A DNA stretch of 64,000 bases from Acidobacteriaceae bacterium (GTDB taxonomy: Bacteria; Acidobacteriota; Terriglobia; Terriglobales; Acidobacteriaceae). Within the stretch, counting starts at the first letter, position 1. The number at the start of each line of letters is the position of its first letter. The notes under the pieces are model-generated. The model was not told the DNA's origin and did not search any database. It saw only the letters and a program-made list of their open reading frames with translations. A program made the position numbers and the translations under genes. The stretch lies in contig JBKQVW010000099.1 of NCBI GenBank assembly GCA_052142955.1, positions 5,881-69,880 on the forward strand, written 5' to 3'. This document shows positions 18,660-27,803 of this stretch, piece by piece.

Positions 18660-20376
18660 GGGGCACCGGTTGTGCGCGCGAGTCTGGGCTCCGCGCTGCA
18701 GCGAAGCTCTGCATGTATTCCAACCCAGGTCTCAAAAGCGAGACCTGGGGCACCCGGCCGCGGCGAGCTGCGCGAAGATCCAATCCTGCTGGGTACATCC
18801 ACCGTGGAATCGCTCGAACCGGCGCGCGGACTGCGTTCGCACTTTCGCACGACAATTATTTTTGATCGCTTCTCTCTGCGGCGCGGTGATCTTGCCAGGA
18901 TGCAGGCAAAAGCCGGTTGACCCGAATACGGTGACGGTTGCGATTGAAAGCAGCCCGACCAACCTCGATCCGCGCATTGGAGTGGACGCACAATCGGAAC
19001 GCATCGACGAGCTGATCTTCGATTCTCTGGTGAAAAAAGACGCCCATTTCAACCTGCAGCCCGACCTCGCGACCTCCTGGGACATGCCCGATCCGCTGAC
19101 GTACGTGTTTCATCTGCGAACCGGAGTGCGATTCCAGAATGGCCAGCCGTTCACGGCGCGCGATGTGAAGTGGACGCTCGACTCGATGCGCGGCCACAGC
19201 ATTTTGACCTCGAAGTATCAGGCCTATCGCAACATTGCCTCGATCGACGCGCCGGATGCCGAGACCGTGGTCATCCACATGAAGCAGCCCGATGCAGCCC
19301 TGCTGTGGAGCCTTTCCGACGGCGCGCTCGGGATTGTTCCCTATGGGAGCGGGCGCGATTTCCAGCAGCACCCCATCGGCACGGGACCGTTTCGTTTTGT
19401 GCGGCAGGAGCTGGACAAGGAAGTGGTGCTGGAGCGCAATCCATTGAGCTGGCAGGGGGTCCCGAAGATTGCGCGGCTGCGGTTTGAGGTGGTTCCCGAT
19501 GAGATGACGCGGGCGCTGGAGCTGCGCAAGGGTTCGGCGGACGCAGCGTCGAATGCTTTGTCGCCAGACATGATCTGGTCGATGCGAAAGGACCCGACGC
19601 TTGCGATCGCGGAAGAACCGGGAACGATTGTGCAATATCTGACCTTCAATTTGCGCGACCGGTATTTGCGGGATGCGCGGGTGCGCCAGGCGATTGCTTA
19701 CGCCATGAATCGGCCGCTGCTGATCGCGACCTTGTTGCGCGGCATGGCGCGTCCGGCAGACAGTCTGCTTCCTCCGGGCCATTGGGCGTATATGGGGGAC
19801 GTGGCGCACTACGACTACAGTCCGCAGCAAGCACGCCGGTTGCTGGACGATGCCGGATATAAGCCGGGAAAAGACGGCATCCGCTTTCATCTGACGATGA
19901 AGACATCGAACGATGCAGGAGCGCGGGTGCTGGCTATGGCGCTGCAACAACAATTACGGGCGGTTGGGATTGCACTGGACGTGCGCAGTTTTGAATTTGC
20001 CACATTTTATTCCGATATTTCCCATGGGTCGTTCGGCATCTACAGTCTGCGCTGGATCGGCGGCAATGAGGACCCGGACATTTTCCGTTATGCGTATGCC
20101 TCGTCCAGCGTTCCGCCGCACGGGGCGAATCGCGGAGATTATTCCAACGCGGAAGTCGACACGCTGTTGCAAGCGGCGGCGACGGAGTCGAACCAGGCGA
20201 AACGCCTTACCGCGTATGTGCGCGTGCAGCAGATTCTGGCGAAGGAGCTGCCCAGTCTGCCGCTCTGGTTTCTCGACTCTGTGGTGATCTACAACCGGCG
20301 GCTCAGCGGAGTGGAGGCATCTCCATCGGGGAATTTTTATTTTCTGGAGACGGCCGTTCCCCATCGAGCGCGATAA
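18628..20376 (+). CDS. ABC transporter substrate-binding protein, family 5 (peptide/nickel type), probable lipoprotein
   Basis: About 500-aa SBP_bac_5-like body. Lipoprotein-like LFLIASLCGAVILPGC lies about 90 aa into the ORF. The true start is unresolved, because no ATG/GTG/TTG is suitably placed before the signal. Confidence 0.7.
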   Translation: MRSWEKLRMCKGHRLCARVWAPRCSEALHVFQPRSQKRDLGHPAAASCAKIQSCWVHPPWNRSNRRADCVRTFARQLFLIASLCGAVILPGCRQKPVDPNTVTVAIESSPTNLDPRIGVDAQSERIDELIFDSLVKKDAHFNLQPDLATSWDMPDPLTYVFHLRTGVRFQNGQPFTARDVKWTLDSMRGHSILTSKYQAYRNIASIDAPDAETVVIHMKQPDAALLWSLSDGALGIVPYGSGRDFQQHPIGTGPFRFVRQELDKEVVLERNPLSWQGVPKIARLRFEVVPDEMTRALELRKGSADAASNALSPDMIWSMRKDPTLAIAEEPGTIVQYLTFNLRDRYLRDARVRQAIAYAMNRPLLIATLLRGMARPADSLLPPGHWAYMGDVAHYDYSPQQARRLLDDAGYKPGKDGIRFHLTMKTSNDAGARVLAMALQQQLRAVGIALDVRSFEFATFYSDISHGSFGIYSLRWIGGNEDPDIFRYAYASSSVPPHGANRGDYSNAEVDTLLQAAATESNQAKRLTAYVRVQQILAKELPSLPLWFLDSVVIYNRRLSGVEASPSGNFYFLETAVPHRAR

Positions 20377-20453
20377 GAGCCGGGTTCTCTACCTTCGTTC
20401 CAGCACGCTGCGCAGCGGCAGACTCCTTATCTGAGATGATTTGCTGTGCGCTC

Positions 20454-21686
20454 TCAGCGGGTCGGCGGATTATCCAAAATTCTGAACGAGTTCATGAACT
20501 GGTTGGCCTGGGTTGCGGTATAGCCTTTCCGGGCAGCCGCAATCACCTGGTAGAAGCGCGTCCCGGCCAGGAAGTCGTGGATGGTGTAGTTGATTCCATC
20601 GGAATCGGTTGCCGTGTATGCGCGTCCGGGAACGCCATCGAGATCGATGACCTGGTCACTGAGCAAGGTTTTGTCGGCGACCGCTGAATTCTCAGACCCT
20701 TGCAGGAAGGCTTGCGGCGAAGCCCCGATGAACCCCGGCGCGTAATCGGCGTACTGCACGACGTAGCCGGTGTTGCCGTTGTCAACACTGGCGGAAAACT
20801 CGTATTGCATAGTCGTTTCGCCGTTCTCCAAATGAACTGTCTGCGAGGACTGCTGCGGAGTTCCGTGAAACAGGACGCTGAAACGCCCGTCGGCGAACGT
20901 GAACGGCTGCATTGTGTTGGATTGCCCTGGCGCGGCGGGCGTGGTGGCCGGCGCAGGAACAGGAGCAGGAACGGGAGGCGGCGGAGGAGGCTCATAGTAT
21001 CCCTCGAATTTGACCGTCGTGACAGTCAGATCGGCTCCAAACGCATTGGTTCCTGTGACTGGGCCTTCCACCAGCACTTTCCACGGCTTTGCAAGACTCG
21101 GCGGAGTGCTGTCGGGAAGGATAACCGCAATCTGTCCGTCAGGAACCATGTAATCAGGATCAGCGGCAGCCAAAGCGGCCTGATCGATGGTCATGACATC
21201 ATAAACCGCTGTGTGTTCATCCAGCATCTTATCGAACCGGATGGATGACGGTCCGAGCTGAGGAAACTTCCTATAGAGGCCATTCGGCATAAGCATGAGC
21301 GGATTCCGAGTATCGAGAATGCCGGAATGCACCGCCCACTCGTAGGGGTTCTTACTGAGTAGGTAAGGTAGAAAAATCTCAGTTGAGTCAGGGTTGAAAC
21401 CATCGGTTGGCTCCGTTGCGGAGTTGTCTGGTGTCGGCTGTGCTGGCTCCGCAGTCGTTGCGTTCGGCGCTAATTGTGTTGAATCGGGGGTACGAGCTTT
21501 GGGCATGAATATAACAAAAAGAACTAAGCACAGGAAGGGTATGCCAAGTATTATGGCGGTCTTCCTACTTACTTTCTTCCGGCGGACCGGATTTGGAGTT
21601 GCCACGCCGGACACTGGTGCCCCGCAATTCCCGCAAAATCGCGTGCCTTCTACGTTGTGAGAGCCACATCGGGTACAGGTCGGCAT
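20454..21686 (-). CDS. Zinc-ribbon / single-TM protein with two extracytoplasmic domains of unknown function
   Basis: N-terminal CTRC-x12-CGNC zinc ribbon and TM TAIILGIPFLCLVLFVIFM. A Pro-rich linker (PPPPPPVPAPVPAP) sits between two globular regions. Confidence 0.6.
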   Translation of the reverse strand: MPTCTRCGSHNVEGTRFCGNCGAPVSGVATPNPVRRKKVSRKTAIILGIPFLCLVLFVIFMPKARTPDSTQLAPNATTAEPAQPTPDNSATEPTDGFNPDSTEIFLPYLLSKNPYEWAVHSGILDTRNPLMLMPNGLYRKFPQLGPSSIRFDKMLDEHTAVYDVMTIDQAALAAADPDYMVPDGQIAVILPDSTPPSLAKPWKVLVEGPVTGTNAFGADLTVTTVKFEGYYEPPPPPPVPAPVPAPATTPAAPGQSNTMQPFTFADGRFSVLFHGTPQQSSQTVHLENGETTMQYEFSASVDNGNTGYVVQYADYAPGFIGASPQAFLQGSENSAVADKTLLSDQVIDLDGVPGRAYTATDSDGINYTIHDFLAGTRFYQVIAAARKGYTATQANQFMNSFRILDNPPTR

Positions 21687-21876
21687 CCCAGTGCTCCAAG
21701 AGTTTGCGAAGATCAGTCTACACCCGACCGCCCCGCAGAGGCGCGGAAAACTGCCCTTGGACGCGCCCGCGAATTCGGCAGTACGATACCACCATTGCCA
21801 CTCCTACTGTCCAGTTGCCCGATCAATTCTCCTGTCCATCATTGCTTCTAATTGTTCAGTGTATCGAACAGAGCCC

Positions 21877-22140
21877 CTATGGGGTCATGCGGGGAGAATA
21901 GGATTCCCAGATCCCCCACACCGCTTCTTTGTTCCCACGTGTGCGGATGTAATCCCTCGCTTTGCTGTCGTCATTATCAAAATCGTTATAGGCGGTAGGT
22001 TGAGTGGAGAGCATCATCGCCTGTTCCGTCTCCCTGTCGGCCGTGATGTGGGCCGAAAAAACTAAAGCTTCATCGGGTTCTGTTCCGTCTTTTAGCTGTT
22101 GCCAGATAGAACTAAGCTCATCCTGCGTGTAAGACCTCAT
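21877..22140 (-). CDS. Small acidic hypothetical protein
   Basis: 87-aa ORF (ATG 22140 preceded by GAGAGG). No recognisable motif, so coding status is uncertain. Confidence 0.3.
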   Translation of the reverse strand: MRSYTQDELSSIWQQLKDGTEPDEALVFSAHITADRETEQAMMLSTQPTAYNDFDNDDSKARDYIRTRGNKEAVWGIWESYSPRMTP

Positions 22141-22275
22141 AGGCAGCACCTCTCGCTGGTTGGCAGTATAGCCAAGCCGGGGACTTTAAGGAATCTCCGA
22201 TCAAGGCGCAATGATACGTAGCATCCCCCTTGCATCCTACTTGGTCATTGGTATGCAAACGATACCGCTGCGGGT

Positions 22276-22689
22276 TTAGACAAATACTTTGACGCCGACT
22301 GCTTTCGCAGCTCTCTTCAGCTGCCTATCGAGCGTGGCAAGCGTCCACCCTTCGCGCATCGCGAGTTCCAGATAGGCGGCATCATAGGCGGACAAGCCGT
22401 GGGCCCGCGCAAGTTGCAACGTATCCGTCAAGGCCCGGGATGCGGTCTGGGTGTCGGTCTCGATCGGCAAGCCCTGGAGCAGTTCAAAAAAACGCGCGAT
22501 GTCGGAAGAGGTGAGACGGCGCCGGCGTTCGCCGACTACCAGCGCGTTGGCGACTTCCACCGCCCAAAGCGCGGGAACCATGGCTGACCGATGCTCCAAG
22601 CTATCCAGGACGCTGTAGGCAAAGTCGCTGTGCTCGTCGGGATAGCACCAGGTCATGGCAATCGACGCATCGAGGACGAGGCCCTCCAT
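22276..22689 (-). CDS. vapC: PIN-domain toxin (VapC-type)
   Basis: 137 aa. Acidic PIN residues in LVLDASIA, EVANAL, YDAAYLELA. Its start shares 1 nt with the antitoxin stop. Confidence 0.8.
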   Translation of the reverse strand: MEGLVLDASIAMTWCYPDEHSDFAYSVLDSLEHRSAMVPALWAVEVANALVVGERRRRLTSSDIARFFELLQGLPIETDTQTASRALTDTLQLARAHGLSAYDAAYLELAMREGWTLATLDRQLKRAAKAVGVKVFV

Positions 22690-22934
22690 CAGAAACGCCG
22701 TCCTTCTTCAATCAGATCGCGCACCGTCATTCCACGCGGAAGAGAATGCCCGCGTCCAAACTCCTTCAGTTCCGCGATGATTTGCTTGCGCCCTTGGCGT
22801 GACTGCGGTTGTGCCGGCACCAACATCGCAACGGGCACACCCCGTTTGGTGATGGTGATGCGTTCGCCCCGTTGCACCCGCTCCAAAAGCGCAGGAAGAT
22901 GAGTTTTGGCTTCAAACGAACCCACACTGGACAT
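22689..22934 (-). CDS. Phd/YefM-type antitoxin
   Basis: SVGSFEAKTHLPALLERVQRGERITITKRGVPVAMLVP is typical of prevent-host-death antitoxins. ATG 22934 is preceded by GAGG. Confidence 0.75.
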   Translation of the reverse strand: MSSVGSFEAKTHLPALLERVQRGERITITKRGVPVAMLVPAQPQSRQGRKQIIAELKEFGRGHSLPRGMTVRDLIEEGRRF

Positions 22935-23075
22935 GTCGCACCTCTTCAACTAGTCTACCATCTAGTCTGTTCGGTACGCGACGGGCAGGGGCTCCTGTCA
23001 AGCAAAGTTCGTCTGGATTCTTCACTCGTCGCCGCGGCGACCTTCGATCAGAATGACTCTCCAATCGATGTGGGT

Positions 23076-23942
23076 CTAGACAGGGAGTGTGCCGGGCGCG
23101 GTCCTCGCTCGGTTGGATGGCGGGCTGGAAAAACCGGCGAGCCGCACCGTCAACAGCATGGCCGGCACCAGAAAGACGGTGGAGTTCAGCACCCACATAA
23201 TGACTCCGCCCGCTATCTGATCCGAGAGCGCGGAGATGTGAAACGGATTGGGATGGTTGAAATAGAACTGGTAGATTGGCCGATTGCAGAACGCGAGAAA
23301 AGCGGAGAGCGCGGTGTTCACGATGTCCGCGGAGAGCAGATAGACCAGGACCATCCAGCCGTTATAACGAGCGCCACTGCCTGGCCAGGGATGGAGGACG
23401 ATCCACCAAAAAAGCAGCGCGGTGGTGAGGAAACAGATGTGCTCGAAGTCGTGGACGTTTTCGTTGCGCAGGGCGTAGTCGTACGCTTTGGGAAGGTGCC
23501 AGGCAAGAAAAACGCAATTGAACGTGAGCCAGGCGACGACGGGCTCGGTAAGGAAATGGCCGACGCTGCGCAACCAGCGCAGGCCGATTAGCGGGCCGAC
23601 GATTCGCCGGACGCTCCATCGCGGCAGGCCACGCAACAACGGCACTACGGGAGCGCCGAGCAGCACCAGCGGCGGCACGGCCGACATCAGCAGAAAATGC
23701 TGCACCATGTGGGCGCTCAGCAGCGCGTCCGCAAAGCCGTCGATGGGCGAGGCGATGGCGAGCCATAGCACGGCCATGCCGCCGACAAAACACAGCAGCC
23801 GCGCGCCAGTGAAATAGGCCGGCCTGGTACGACGGATCGCAAGCCATCCCCGCACATAGATTGCGGAGACAAGGATGACGGCGGCGCTCAGCCAGAACGG
23901 CGGCGACCATGCGTCAAAAATGGCTTGCGTTGCTGTGGACAT
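23076..23942 (-). CDS. ctaG: Cytochrome c oxidase assembly factor CtaG (Bacillus caa3-type, polytopic)
   Basis: 288 aa with about 7 TM. Motif HMVQHFLLMSAVPPLVLLGAP. Lies just downstream of the bc/caa3 operon. Confidence 0.65.
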   Translation of the reverse strand: MSTATQAIFDAWSPPFWLSAAVILVSAIYVRGWLAIRRTRPAYFTGARLLCFVGGMAVLWLAIASPIDGFADALLSAHMVQHFLLMSAVPPLVLLGAPVVPLLRGLPRWSVRRIVGPLIGLRWLRSVGHFLTEPVVAWLTFNCVFLAWHLPKAYDYALRNENVHDFEHICFLTTALLFWWIVLHPWPGSGARYNGWMVLVYLLSADIVNTALSAFLAFCNRPIYQFYFNHPNPFHISALSDQIAGGVIMWVLNSTVFLVPAMLLTVRLAGFSSPPSNRARTAPGTLPV

Positions 23943-24027
23943 GGCTTCCCTGCCTTGCTGCGTCCTTCAGTTGTCATTCAAGAAGAACTACAGGTTCCTC
24001 CGCTTCAGTCGGAATAACAACTTTGTT

Positions 24028-25527
24028 CTACTCCTTGTGCCCTTGCTGCGACTGCGTCAGGGGCACGCCTTGCGCCAATGGACGGGAAAGATCCCGGGCA
24101 GGCATTTGATCGCCGTGCAGGGTTTCGAGAAAGCGTACCAGCGCCGTCGTTTGCTGCGGGCTCAACGTGCTGCCATAGGCAGGCATGTTCCCGCTGCCCT
24201 GCAGCACTTGCCGAATCAACTGGCTCTCGGTCATCTGCGTGGCAACGCGGTCCAGATCCGGTCCGCGTCGGCCGCCCACGCCATCGAGCGAGTGGCAGTT
24301 GCGGCACTGCATTTGTTGAAAGACAACGGCGCCGCGCCGCTCAAGCGGAGTTCTGTCTTTTAGATACTTCGGCTGCACCGGGTCCGCGCTCCATGCATTC
24401 ATGACCGGACTCCACGGCGGATGTTCTCCGAGGCTGGTGAGGATCGCCAGCGAGACTGCAATGGCGCAGACGATCAGCACCGCGACCGGACGGCGCGACC
24501 AGTGCTTCTCGCCTTCTCCGGCGTAGAGCGGCAACCCGAGCATCACGCAGATCACAGCAATGGGCGCGATCAGCAGCAGCGGCGTCTCCAGCGCCGGCGG
24601 CATCAACGCGAAGAGCGCATAAATCCACAGGAACGCAAAGTCCGGTTTGGGGACAGTCTGGATGATGGTGGGATCGGGCGGGCCACCGGGACCGATGGGA
24701 CCAAAGAAAATTGCGCACGCCATGATCGCGAGAATGATGGCGGCGGAAAACATGACATCTTTCCAGGCCGCATCCGGAACGAAGGGCACGCCGTCTGTAT
24801 GGGTCTGCGCCTCGTACTCCTTGACATAGGTGCTTCTGCGGACCAGGCGGCCGGGCATGGGCCACTCGCTGATGCCGAGGTAGAGAACCATCCAGACATG
24901 CACGCCAACCAGGGCGATCAGAATTCCGGGAATGATGAATACGTGCAGCGTGAAGAAGCGGGAAAAGGTAGCTGCGCCGATGATGGGGCCGCCCAGCATG
25001 AAATGGACCAATCCCGCGCCAATCCATGGAACCCTCCCCATGATGGACGCGCCGATCCCCAATCCCCAATAGGCATCCTGATCGAAGCGCAGCACCTGGC
25101 CGGTAAAGGCCATGCCCAGCGTCAGCAGCAACAGAAACACGCCGACAATCCAGGTAAGTTCGCGCGGGAACTTGTATGACCCGAACATAAACACCTGGGT
25201 CATGTGGATGAGGACGATGGCGATCATGAAATCCGATCCCCAGCCGTGCAGCGCGCGGAGAAACCATCCCAGCGTCAGGCCATGATTCAAGAAGTTCAGG
25301 CTGTTCCATGCGTCCCGCGCCGTGGGCGTGTAGACCAGCGCCAACAAAATACCGGTGACCACCTGCAGCACCAGGATGACAGCCGCGGCGCTGCCGAAAA
25401 CGTACCACCAGCTGGCGCTGCTTGCCGGAATCGGATGCTCGGCGGCCTCGGTAATGGGTTTTGTGAAACCCAGGCGACGGTCGAACCAGCGATAGAGCGC
25501 AAGGCCCTTCTGTTTTATCCCTGGCAT
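24028..25527 (-). CDS. Cytochrome b (full length) fused to a C-terminal monohaem cytochrome c domain
   Basis: Cyt b N-terminal haem-ligand contexts (RALHGWGS, VLIHMTQ) and about 10 TM. C-terminal CRNCH plus GNMPAY. ATG 25527 (MPGIKQKG...) overlaps the Rieske stop by 13 nt, and the ORF upstream of it is not protein-like. Confidence 0.85.
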   Translation of the reverse strand: MPGIKQKGLALYRWFDRRLGFTKPITEAAEHPIPASSASWWYVFGSAAAVILVLQVVTGILLALVYTPTARDAWNSLNFLNHGLTLGWFLRALHGWGSDFMIAIVLIHMTQVFMFGSYKFPRELTWIVGVFLLLLTLGMAFTGQVLRFDQDAYWGLGIGASIMGRVPWIGAGLVHFMLGGPIIGAATFSRFFTLHVFIIPGILIALVGVHVWMVLYLGISEWPMPGRLVRRSTYVKEYEAQTHTDGVPFVPDAAWKDVMFSAAIILAIMACAIFFGPIGPGGPPDPTIIQTVPKPDFAFLWIYALFALMPPALETPLLLIAPIAVICVMLGLPLYAGEGEKHWSRRPVAVLIVCAIAVSLAILTSLGEHPPWSPVMNAWSADPVQPKYLKDRTPLERRGAVVFQQMQCRNCHSLDGVGGRRGPDLDRVATQMTESQLIRQVLQGSGNMPAYGSTLSPQQTTALVRFLETLHGDQMPARDLSRPLAQGVPLTQSQQGHKE

Positions 25528-26171
25528 GACGCACACCCCGGCCTGGCAATGCTGGCTTCTGTCGATAGCGTCGGCAATTCTCCAGCCCATATGAGAAGTT
25601 GATTGCCTGCGACTTTGTATTTGTATTGATAGAGGCCGCGCGGGGGAGGCCCGGCCGCGACTGCACCATTCTGGTAATACACGCCGCCATGGCAGGGGCA
25701 CATGAACAGCTTGGATTGCGGGAACCAGTGCACCGGGCAGTCCATGTGTGCGCAGTTGATGGCGAAAACCTGGAATTGATTGCCCTGAATATGCCGGACC
25801 CAGCAGGGCAGCGTGCGGGTTTGGCCGTCGGCCGGCGTGCCCACCGGATTGCGATATCTTCCCAGCCTGGTTTCTCCGGGCGGGAACTGCTCAAGATTTC
25901 CGACTGGCACCCAGGAGTTGTAACTGGAATTTCGCCTGAAAATCGGCCCCAACAGATAGCCCAGAACGGGCACAGCCAACACGGCGCCGACTGCGCCATT
26001 CAGCAACACCGCGACCTTGAAAAGAAATACTCGACGCGAGTGCTCACTGGGCTTGTTCATCGGATCCTTGACGATCGGATTGTTCAACAAATCCTTCAAA
26101 GGGTTCTTCACAGTCACTCCTGCCGCGGGGGCTCCGCTGGTTTTAGTTCCCTTTCGTGGGATGTTCGGCAC
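25515..26171 (-). CDS. Rieske 2Fe-2S subunit of a bc-type complex
   Basis: Cluster boxes CAHMDC and CPCHGG. Tat-like SRRVFLFK followed by a TM. The alternative start MNKPSEH at 26060 would remove the 29-nt overlap with the upstream gene. Confidence 0.85.
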   Translation of the reverse strand: MPNIPRKGTKTSGAPAAGVTVKNPLKDLLNNPIVKDPMNKPSEHSRRVFLFKVAVLLNGAVGAVLAVPVLGYLLGPIFRRNSSYNSWVPVGNLEQFPPGETRLGRYRNPVGTPADGQTRTLPCWVRHIQGNQFQVFAINCAHMDCPVHWFPQSKLFMCPCHGGVYYQNGAVAAGPPPRGLYQYKYKVAGNQLLIWAGELPTLSTEASIARPGCASCQG

Positions 26172-26931
26172 TGGCCGGTGGCGAGTTTGGAAACGGCTGG
26201 CCGGGAAACTGGACGCGGTGCGATCCCAACCACGCCACCACGTCGGTGACTTCCTTGTCGGTCATCGGCCTGGTTGAGCCATCGCCGCGCCAATCCGGCA
26301 TTCCCTCCCCGGGCAGCCCGGAAACTACGATGTTGCGCAGACCCTGGGTACCAATGAGCGATAGATAGGTTGGATCGACAATCGAGCCGACCACACGCTG
26401 TTTGGCACTGGCGACAGCTCCCGGAGCGGGCCCGGTCCCATCCTCGCCATGACAGCGGGCACAATGAACCTGAAATGCGGCCTTGCCCGCGGCGACATCG
26501 CCGGGGGTGGCGGCTGTGTAGCCGGGCGGATCGGTTCCATTCAAGATGCCGGGTTTGCCCCAATGCTCGATCATTCCGTTGACAATGCTTTCGATCTGCT
26601 GGTCGGTCAACATGCCGCCGCTGGTGCGGGCGAATGCATGCATGGACTGTAGCGACACTCCACTGGCAACGATGGGAACGATACGATCATGCCCTGCCCA
26701 GGCCAGATAGACCGGGTTGTTGAGGGGCAGCGCCGGGCCGTTCAACCCGCGATCTCCGTGACAGGCGGAGCAATTGTTCTTGTAGAGGACCGCAAAGCCC
26801 AGGGTCTGGTCCGGGCGCAGCGTTTCAGGCTGAAATCCAGGCTTGCCGGGCAGATGGCCGCAACCCATCGCGGCCAACAAGAGCGTCGCGGCGACCATCC
26901 TTGCTCCCACTGCTTGCAACCTTGGCTTCAT
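26143..26931 (-). CDS. Dihaem c-type cytochrome, probable lipoprotein
   Basis: Signal with LLAAMGC, and two CxxCH sites (CSACH, CARCH), each in a class-I-like half. Confidence 0.8.
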   Translation of the reverse strand: MKPRLQAVGARMVAATLLLAAMGCGHLPGKPGFQPETLRPDQTLGFAVLYKNNCSACHGDRGLNGPALPLNNPVYLAWAGHDRIVPIVASGVSLQSMHAFARTSGGMLTDQQIESIVNGMIEHWGKPGILNGTDPPGYTAATPGDVAAGKAAFQVHCARCHGEDGTGPAPGAVASAKQRVVGSIVDPTYLSLIGTQGLRNIVVSGLPGEGMPDWRGDGSTRPMTDKEVTDVVAWLGSHRVQFPGQPFPNSPPASAEHPTKGN

Positions 26932-27791
26932 TGGGTGCGGTCCTCGTCGTCATGCGCTTCCTCTTCCATGCCCAGCGAGATCAAGCCGGCGCGTTCCGCA
27001 AATGGTCTGGCCTGAAACTGCGGAGTACGCACGCGGACATGTAGATTCACGACAAACCCGGCCACCAGGCCGTAAGCAATCTGCGAGAGGATGAACCAGA
27101 ACCAGTCGATCCTGTGGATCAACATGGGATTGACAGCCGCCAATCCGGCGTAGAGCAGGCCAGTCCAAAATAACGGCGCCAGAAATCCTGCCGTCAGAAT
27201 GGGTTTGCGCGGAAACATGGGAAGAATGGCGCCATAGAGAAGCCCGACCAGCACCGAAGCAAGAACATGGACGACTCCGGCAACCAGCAGTCCTTCCAGA
27301 TGGAACGCAGAGAGAAATGCCGTACTCCTCTCGGCCCAATCGGGAATGGCCATTGCCGCCAGCAGGTTGGGCGCGTACCACAGGCTGTGATAGCCAATCA
27401 GCCCATAGACCGTGGCGGGGGCAATCATGGCAACTCCGCCGGCCAAGCCGCCTTCCGCTCCCGCACTGAGCGTATATCTTTCCACGGGAATGAAGCTGCG
27501 ATGCGACGCGGCAACGGGCAGGCGCTCCACTTGTTCGCGCGAGCTTTTAATTTCGATGATTTCGGTGGTCACCGATATTTGCTCGTGCCGCTCGTGAGGC
27601 AGGACATCCCGAAACCAGCCGACGGAAGCGAAGACCATCAGGATGATTCCGAGGGCGCTGATCGCCCAGGCCGTCACCAATCCAGCAAACAGGAATGTCA
27701 CCCCGAGCGCCAGCACAAACGGCCATGCGGTGGGTGCCGGCATGTGAATGGCATGGACCGTCGCGTGGCTGTTCTCAGTATCGGTTTTCAT
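26928..27791 (-). CDS. Polytopic (about 7 TM) membrane protein of unknown function embedded in the oxidase/bc operon
   Basis: 287 aa. Begins 12 nt after the ctaE stop, and its stop overlaps the dihaem cytochrome start by 4 nt. The N-terminal HMPAPTAWPFVLALG resembles the PS-x-WP start of long subunit III proteins. Acidic C-terminal tail. Confidence 0.6.
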   Translation of the reverse strand: MKTDTENSHATVHAIHMPAPTAWPFVLALGVTFLFAGLVTAWAISALGIILMVFASVGWFRDVLPHERHEQISVTTEIIEIKSSREQVERLPVAASHRSFIPVERYTLSAGAEGGLAGGVAMIAPATVYGLIGYHSLWYAPNLLAAMAIPDWAERSTAFLSAFHLEGLLVAGVVHVLASVLVGLLYGAILPMFPRKPILTAGFLAPLFWTGLLYAGLAAVNPMLIHRIDWFWFILSQIAYGLVAGFVVNLHVRVRTPQFQARPFAERAGLISLGMEEEAHDDEDRTQ

Positions 27792-27803
27792 AGTGTGCTT
27801 TTG

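Noticed and set aside
24341-25999. 552-aa same-strand alternative-frame ORF across the cytochrome b and Rieske genes
   Set aside because: The translation is Arg/Pro/Gly-rich and spans two genes whose own frames carry diagnostic haem and Fe-S motifs.
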